The notes below the pieces were generated by a model. The model ran no database searches, had not been told where the DNA came from, and saw only the letters and a list, made by a program, of their open reading frames with translations. Positions 6,166 to 11,546 of a stretch of DNA of 11,546 nt are shown here, piece after piece. A program made the position numbers and the translations under genes. The stretch's first letter is position 1. Each line of letters begins with the position of its first letter. Source of the stretch: Chloroflexota bacterium. GTDB lineage: Bacteria; Chloroflexota; Chloroflexia; Chloroflexales; Chloroflexaceae. The stretch is taken from the NCBI GenBank assembly GCA_043752655.1, contig JAYUYB010000201.1, positions 1 to 11,546 on the forward strand. Reading direction: 5' to 3'.

Positions 6166-6378
6166 TGGCTCAGGAAGAGCTTCCGGGCCACGGCTCACAA
6201 AGCGCTTGATGCGGCGCTCGAACTCGGCGCGGGGCAGCAGCACTTTGCGCCCGCAGGTCTCGCAGTGCATGCCGATCTCGCCGCCGAGGCGCACCACGCG
6301 CCACACGTCGCCGCCGCAGGGGTGGGCCTTGCGGGTTTGCACGATGTCGTCGAGGTAGATTGGGATTGGTGGGGGCAC
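6163..6378 (-). CDS. Small (71 aa) zinc-ribbon protein resembling the DUF951 family.
   Basis: '[50 protein letters not shown]' matches, from my memory of the family consensus (not a database hit), the DUF951 pattern (K-x-H-P-C-G...W-x-V-x-R-x-G...C-x-x-C-x-x-x-V-x-x-P-R-x-x-F-E-R). The start is GTG at 6376-6378, read from the sequence; there is no other in-frame start before the conserved core. It lies 20 bp downstream of the mazG stop, co-oriented. Confidence 0.6.
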   Translation of the reverse strand: MPPPIPIYLDDIVQTRKAHPCGGDVWRVVRLGGEIGMHCETCGRKVLLPRAEFERRIKRFVSRGPEALPEP

Positions 6379-6380
6379 TG

Positions 6381-6398
6381 CTGATAGCCGATAGCCGC
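6381..6398. repeat. Short copy (about 2.5 units) of the GCCGATA heptamer microsatellite, same strand as the 1221-1265 array, in the 20-bp spacer immediately 5' of the DUF951 GTG start.
   Basis: ctGATAGCCGATAGCCGc read directly. Confidence 0.7.
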
Positions 6399-7622
6399 TT
6401 AGCTGGGATGTGCTTTTGCTTCGTCCCAGAGCGTGAGCAGCTGCTCCAGCGAGAGCGTCTGTAGCGCCGTGCCCTTCGCGGCGGCGGCGGCCTCCACGGC
6501 GGTGAAGCGGCGGCGGAACTTGGCGCCGGCCTCGCGCAGGGCGGTCTCAGCATCCAGGCCGAGCCAGTCGGCGAGGCGCGTGAGCACAAACAGGGCGTCG
6601 CCTAATTCCTCGCTGGCGTGGGCCTGTTCGCCGCTGGCGGCGGCCTCGGCGAGCTCGCCAAGCTCCTCGTGCAGTTTGGCCCAGACCTGATCAACGCTGC
6701 CCCAGTTGAAGCCGGCGCGGGCGGCCTTCTTGCCGAGCTTCTGGGCGGCGGCGAGGGCGGGCAAGCTTGGCGGCACGCCATCCAGGGCGCTGGCGCGCGG
6801 CTTGCCCTTTGCAGCAAGCTCGGCGGCCTTGATCTGCTCCCAGTTCTGAAGCACCTGGCCCTCGCCGTCTACGGTCAGGTTGCCGAAGACGTGCGGGTGG
6901 CGCCCGATCAGCTTGGTGGCGATCCCGCCGATCACATCCTCCTGGGCGAAGTGGCCGGTCTGGCGGGCCATCTCGCTATGGGCCAGCACAGAGAGCAGCA
7001 GGTCGCCGAGCTCCTCGCTGAGCGCGGGCATGTCGGCGCTGTCTAACGCCTCCAGCACCTCGTGGGCCTCCTCTAGCAGCGCGGCCCGCAGCGACTGATG
7101 AGTCTGCCGCACGTCCCAAGGGCAGCCGCCTGGGGCGAGCAGGCGTGCCACAACCCAGCGCAGCCCATCGAGGCCGCGCAGATCATTGGCGATGGGGAGC
7201 GGGGACAAATGCACCATGCACCATGCACCATGCAAAATGGGCAGGCGGGGGAGATCCGTCAGAGCTAGTACCTGGGATGCCGGTGGCTCGCCGTGCTCGT
7301 TGAACGTGGCGAGCTGGAGCGGGTGGTGGGCGGGGTAGCGGGTGCGCAGAAGGGCAGCGAGGGCGGGCCAGTCGGCGTTGGGGGAGCCGTAGATGAAGGC
7401 AGGGGCGGTAGGCACGAGCGGGAAGGGGGCGGGGGGCGGGGCGTATGGCCCAAGGCCCTGGGTCTCCGCGTAGGACGCTACCGTGACGACCTCGCCGGGC
7501 GCGGGCAGACCGTCGGGGCGGGCGGCAGCCAGCAGCGCGCTTGCCTCCCAGAGCTGCACGCCGCCCGCCGTCGTCAGGCCGAACAGCTCATGGCCAAGAT
7601 CTAGTATTCGTCCTGGGCTCAT
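6399..7622 (-). CDS. mazG: MazG-family nucleoside-triphosphate pyrophosphohydrolase, YabN-like: N-terminal domain of about 150 aa, linker, then two tandem MazG (all-alpha NTP-PPase) domains.
   Basis: Domain 1 '[29 protein letters not shown]...[14 protein letters not shown]...[11 protein letters not shown]' and domain 2 '[24 protein letters not shown]...[36 protein letters not shown]' are canonical MazG EExxE/D motifs. The linker '[23 protein letters not shown]' aligns with B. subtilis YabN 'FRSIIRELRGPNGCPWD'. The track start at 7748 is TTG, and 7623-7748 has AT-rich third positions (tta, aca, gat, att, tct, cta, tat, gaa, ata), inconsistent with this genome's coding bias. I call the start at ATG 7620-7622 ([10 protein letters not shown]...). 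Confidence 0.8.
   Translation of the reverse strand: MSPGRILDLGHELFGLTTAGGVQLWEASALLAAARPDGLPAPGEVVTVASYAETQGLGPYAPPPAPFPLVPTAPAFIYGSPNADWPALAALLRTRYPAHHPLQLATFNEHGEPPASQVLALTDLPRLPILHGAWCMVHLSPLPIANDLRGLDGLRWVVARLLAPGGCPWDVRQTHQSLRAALLEEAHEVLEALDSADMPALSEELGDLLLSVLAHSEMARQTGHFAQEDVIGGIATKLIGRHPHVFGNLTVDGEGQVLQNWEQIKAAELAAKGKPRASALDGVPPSLPALAAAQKLGKKAARAGFNWGSVDQVWAKLHEELGELAEAAASGEQAHASEELGDALFVLTRLADWLGLDAETALREAGAKFRRRFTAVEAAAAAKGTALQTLSLEQLLTLWDEAKAHPS
7212..7239. repeat. Heptamer microsatellite (CACCATG)x3 plus a degenerate CAAAATG copy, inside the MazG interdomain linker. It encodes HGAWCMVH in frame; the unit length is not a multiple of 3.
   Basis: caccatgcaccatgcaccatgcaaaatg read directly. 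The minus-strand translation [12 protein letters not shown] matches the ORF track. Confidence 0.8.
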
Positions 7623-7635
7623 CCCGCTGAGCTGT

Positions 7636-7745
7636 ATCTCTTCCACAGATGACACCGATTTCCGCTCAACCGCTCGGACACCTGCCCGGACCAGCAATGG
7701 CCCGGAATATAGGCCAGAAATGGGCCGGAAATCTGTGGATAAGAT
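7636..7745. other. Lower-GC spacer between the PPIase stop and the mazG start carrying an imperfect inverted repeat (ATCTCTTCCACAGAT...GATTTCCG versus CCGGAAATCTGTGGATAAGAT) and a GGCCCGGAA direct repeat.
   Basis: Arms at about 7636-7664 and 7725-7745 are reverse complements over CCACAGAT and GATTTCCGG. GC content and codon third positions drop here relative to flanking genes. Candidate terminator/attenuator or operator between ppiase and mazG. Confidence 0.35.
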
Positions 7746-7754
7746 CAAGCAGGG

Positions 7755-8798
7755 TTACAGGCCCTCAGGGAACGGCAGCGGCACGCTGTTCGGGTCGAAG
7801 CCGGGGGCGAGCTCAAGCTCGCCAGACTGCTCGGCCTGGGCGCGCAGCGCGTCGTACCAGGGCGTAAAGCTCTGCTCGTAGAAGCTTTGGGCGTTCGCGC
7901 TCTGGCGCAGTTGCGCAAAGTTCTCGAAGGATCGCTGCTCCTGTCGCTCCAGCACCTCGAGCACATGCCAGCCAGCCTGGCCCTGCGCCTTGGTTGGCGT
8001 GTTGAGGGCCGTGGCGAAAGCGCTCTCATCAAGCTCGGGCAGGTCGCCGCGTGGTATCCAGCCGAGGTCGCCGCCCTGCTCGGCCGAGGCCGTGTCGGTG
8101 GAGCGCTCACGGGCGAGGCTGGCGAAGTCGGCGCCAGCTGCGAGCGCGGCGAGCGCCTGGTCGGCGGCGGGCTCATCGGCCACGAGGATATGGCGGGCGT
8201 GGAACATATCGGCGCGCGTGTTGCGGGCGATCACCTCGAACACAAGCTGGCTGCGGGCGAGCGTGGCGCGCTGCTCGGCCGTGGTTGGCGTGGGCTGGGC
8301 GGCTGGGTCCACAGGCTGGCTCGGGTCGGGGGGGGCAGGGGCGGGCACCGCCGCATCGACCGAGGCGGGATCTACGCCGATCCCATTGCGGCGGGCGTAG
8401 TCGAGCAGCAGCGCGTCCTGGATCATGCGGTCGAGGACGCTGCCGCGCACATTGCTGTCGTTAGCGAGCTGCTCGATCTGCTCACGGGTCTGGCCCTGCG
8501 AGGCGAGGTCGGCGATGCCGGTGCCAATATCGTCGCTCAGGCGCTGCTCGTAGTCGGCAACGGTGAAGCGCTCGCCGCCCACCTGAAAGATCACGGGCGT
8601 GGTGTCGGGCGCGTCCATCACCGCCTGGCCGCCCGCCGTGCTGGCGCAGGCCGCGAGCAGGGGGAGGAGCAGGAGGATAGCCGATAGCCCGCTCTTCCTG
8701 AGCAGGAGCGGGAGAGCTAGCAGGCATCCTGATACTGGAGCTCCCCGCTTCCCTTGAGGGAGAGGGGCTGGGGGTGAGGGCTGACCTGGCTGATTCAT
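7755..8798 (-). CDS. PpiC/parvulin-type peptidyl-prolyl cis-trans isomerase lipoprotein (PrsA/SurA-like).
   Basis: Signal peptide with lipobox-like LLAACAS. Rotamase core 'MFHARHILVADEPAADQALAAL..GADFASLARERSTDTASAEQGGDLGWIPRGDLPELDESAFATALNTP...GWHVLEVLER' is the classic parvulin fold signature. ATG at 8796-8798 is preceded by GGAAGG (4-nt spacer) on the minus strand. Confidence 0.8.
   Translation of the reverse strand: MNQPGQPSPPAPLPQGKRGAPVSGCLLALPLLLRKSGLSAILLLLPLLAACASTAGGQAVMDAPDTTPVIFQVGGERFTVADYEQRLSDDIGTGIADLASQGQTREQIEQLANDSNVRGSVLDRMIQDALLLDYARRNGIGVDPASVDAAVPAPAPPDPSQPVDPAAQPTPTTAEQRATLARSQLVFEVIARNTRADMFHARHILVADEPAADQALAALAAGADFASLARERSTDTASAEQGGDLGWIPRGDLPELDESAFATALNTPTKAQGQAGWHVLEVLERQEQRSFENFAQLRQSANAQSFYEQSFTPWYDALRAQAEQSGELELAPGFDPNSVPLPFPEGL
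8675..8692. repeat. Third locus of the GCCGATA heptamer (GGATAGCCGATAGCCCGC, about 2 units), same strand, here inside the signal-peptide coding region of the PPIase gene.
   Basis: Read directly. It encodes ..SGLSAI.. of the signal peptide on the minus strand. Confidence 0.6.
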
Positions 8799-8850
8799 GC
8801 TACCTTCCGCATAGCTTGGGGCGCCCGCAAGGGGTGTCCTTACGTGTGCC

Positions 8851-10671
<1,821 letters not shown>

Positions 10672-10728
10672 GCTGCTATGTCCAGACCGGTACGACCGGC
10701 GTTACCTGAGGTGGGAAACATCTGTTGG

Positions 10729-10738
10729 CAGTATACCA
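10729..10738 (-). promoter_or_regulatory. Candidate extended -10 (TGgTATACT on the minus strand) for lepA.
   Basis: Plus-strand ccAGTATA at 10730-10738 is the reverse complement of TGGTATACT. It lies 52-60 nt upstream of the lepA ATG. No convincing -35. Forms an inverted 9-mer pair with 10792-10800. Confidence 0.3.
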
Positions 10739-10770
10739 TAGGGCTTTGAGGGCCGTACACGCTGGCCCCA

Positions 10771-10799
10771 TTGCGCCCCATCGGGCGCTCAGGTATACT
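10771..10799 (+). promoter_or_regulatory. Candidate sigma70-type promoter for acyP: -35 TTGCGC (10771-10776), 17-nt spacer, -10 TATACT (10794-10799).
   Basis: Hexamers and spacing read directly. Located 62 nt upstream of the acyP ATG in the divergent lepA/acyP spacer. Confidence 0.3.
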
Positions 10800-10860
10800 G
10801 GCGAGCAGAATGCAGGCCCGCCGGGCGCCACAGCAAAACATCGAGCAGGAGCAACCGAGT

Positions 10861-11139
10861 ATGGACCTGGTGCGGGCGCATGTGCTGATCGCGGGCCGTG
10901 TGCAGGGGGTAAGCTTTCGGGCCTACATGCGGGACAAGGCGCGGGCTGCGGGCGTAGAGGGCTGGGTGCGCAACCTGGCCGACGGGCGTGTGGAGGCGGT
11001 ATTCGAGGGCACCCGCCCCGCGGTGCAGCGGCTGGTGAGCTGGTGCTACAGCGGCCCAACCCACGCCGAGGTGGAGAAGGTGGAGCTGACATGGCAGGAG
11101 CCGACGCGGCGCGAGGGCGGCTTCGCGATCGCATGGTGA
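10861..11139 (+). CDS. acyP: Acylphosphatase (92 aa).
   Basis: 'VLIAGRVQGVSFRAYMRDKARAAGVEGWVRNLADGRVEAVFEG' contains both acylphosphatase signatures, V-x-G-x-V-Q-G-V-x-F-R and G-W-V-x-N-x-x-D-G-x-V. The track ORF from 10771 starts at TTG and adds 30 non-homologous residues. ATG 10861 has a GGAG Shine-Dalgarno 9 nt upstream. Confidence 0.85.
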   Translation: MDLVRAHVLIAGRVQGVSFRAYMRDKARAAGVEGWVRNLADGRVEAVFEGTRPAVQRLVSWCYSGPTHAEVEKVELTWQEPTRREGGFAIAW

Positions 11140-11215
11140 GCCGAATCGCTGCAACCTGGCGCCGCTCGCGTCCGTCTATCCACGGGAACGCATACCACCA
11201 CGAAAGGACGCGCTG

Positions 11216-11546
11216 ATGCATCACCCGCGTTGGAAGCTGCTCACCAGCGTGCTGATCAGCCTTGTCATCCTAGTGCTCGCCTACGTAAACCGCGCCAAGA
11301 TCGCCGAGGCGCTGGGTCTGCTGCGCGAGGCCCGCCCGCTCTGGCTAGTCGCCGGGTTCATAGTTATCTGCCTCAGCTACCTGATAAGCTCGCAGGTCTT
11401 CAACATCGTGCTGCGCTCGCTGGGCTACCGCATGAGCGTGCTGCGCCTCTGGGCCACCGCTCTGGTGGCGATCATCATCAGCCAGTCGGTGCCGGCGGGC
11501 GCCGTGGGCAGCTACGCCTTCCTGATGACGAACTTTACCCGGCGCG
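11216..11546 (+). CDS. N-terminus of a UPF0104 / lysyl-phosphatidylglycerol-synthase-TM 'flippase-like' membrane protein; partial, continues past the window end.
   Basis: ATG 11216 with AAAGGA 8 nt upstream. Translation MHHPRWKLLTSVLISLVILVLAYVNRAKIAEALGLLREARPLWLVAGFIVICLSYLISSQVFNIVLRSLGYRMSVLRLWATALVAIIISQSVPAGAVGSYAFLMTNFTRR is open to position 11546. The pattern charged N-terminus, TM1, 'L...W...A......S', then TM helices matches the PF03706 family from my memory of it (not an HMM hit). Confidence 0.55.
   Translation, partial: MHHPRWKLLTSVLISLVILVLAYVNRAKIAEALGLLREARPLWLVAGFIVICLSYLISSQVFNIVLRSLGYRMSVLRLWATALVAIIISQSVPAGAVGSYAFLMTNFTRR

Overview
The window is about 11.5 kb of high-GC (roughly 65-68%) bacterial chromosome. 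The codon bias and the frequent TTG/GTG starts fit a Chloroflexota- or Deinococcota-like genome, but I cannot assign it from sequence alone. I can support eleven protein genes (two of them partial, running off the window ends) and no rRNA, tRNA or CRISPR array. The genes, left to right:
- the C-terminal end of a response-regulator receiver domain (+, partial);
- an NfeD-like membrane protein followed by an SPFH/stomatin protein (-), the classic nfeD-stomatin pair;
- a YceI-like polyisoprenoid-binding protein (+);
- a long flotillin-family SPFH protein (-), YqiK/FloT-like;
- a minus-strand run of lepA (EF4), a PpiC/parvulin-type PPIase lipoprotein, a YabN/MazG-type NTP pyrophosphohydrolase and a DUF951-like small zinc-ribbon protein;
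- acylphosphatase (+);
- the N-terminus of a UPF0104/LPG-synthase-TM 'flippase-like' membrane protein (+, partial).

I see no defence, toxin or mobile-gene cargo, and no clear evidence of a novel system. The features left unexplained by the genes are:
- a palindromic REP/MITE-like element of about 72-81 bp, present as two direct copies that bracket the flotillin gene and are each bordered by TA;
- a heptanucleotide microsatellite, GCCGATA, at three loci on one strand, twice abutting minus-strand translation starts;
- a second heptamer microsatellite, CACCATG, inside the MazG linker;
- structured convergent and intercistronic spacers carrying tandem 24-bp repeats and perfect GC palindromes;
- an AT-richer inverted-repeat spacer showing that the longest-ORF start of the MazG gene is spurious.

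The one thematic cluster worth proposing is the stomatin+NfeD, YceI and flotillin group as a membrane-microdomain locus. The SPFH-plus-YceI linkage is a hypothesis, not a demonstrated system.

Several longest-ORF starts in the supplied track are TTG/GTG extensions into non-coding sequence, so I give revised starts. My own line counts may be off by 1-2 bp; ORF-track coordinates are authoritative.
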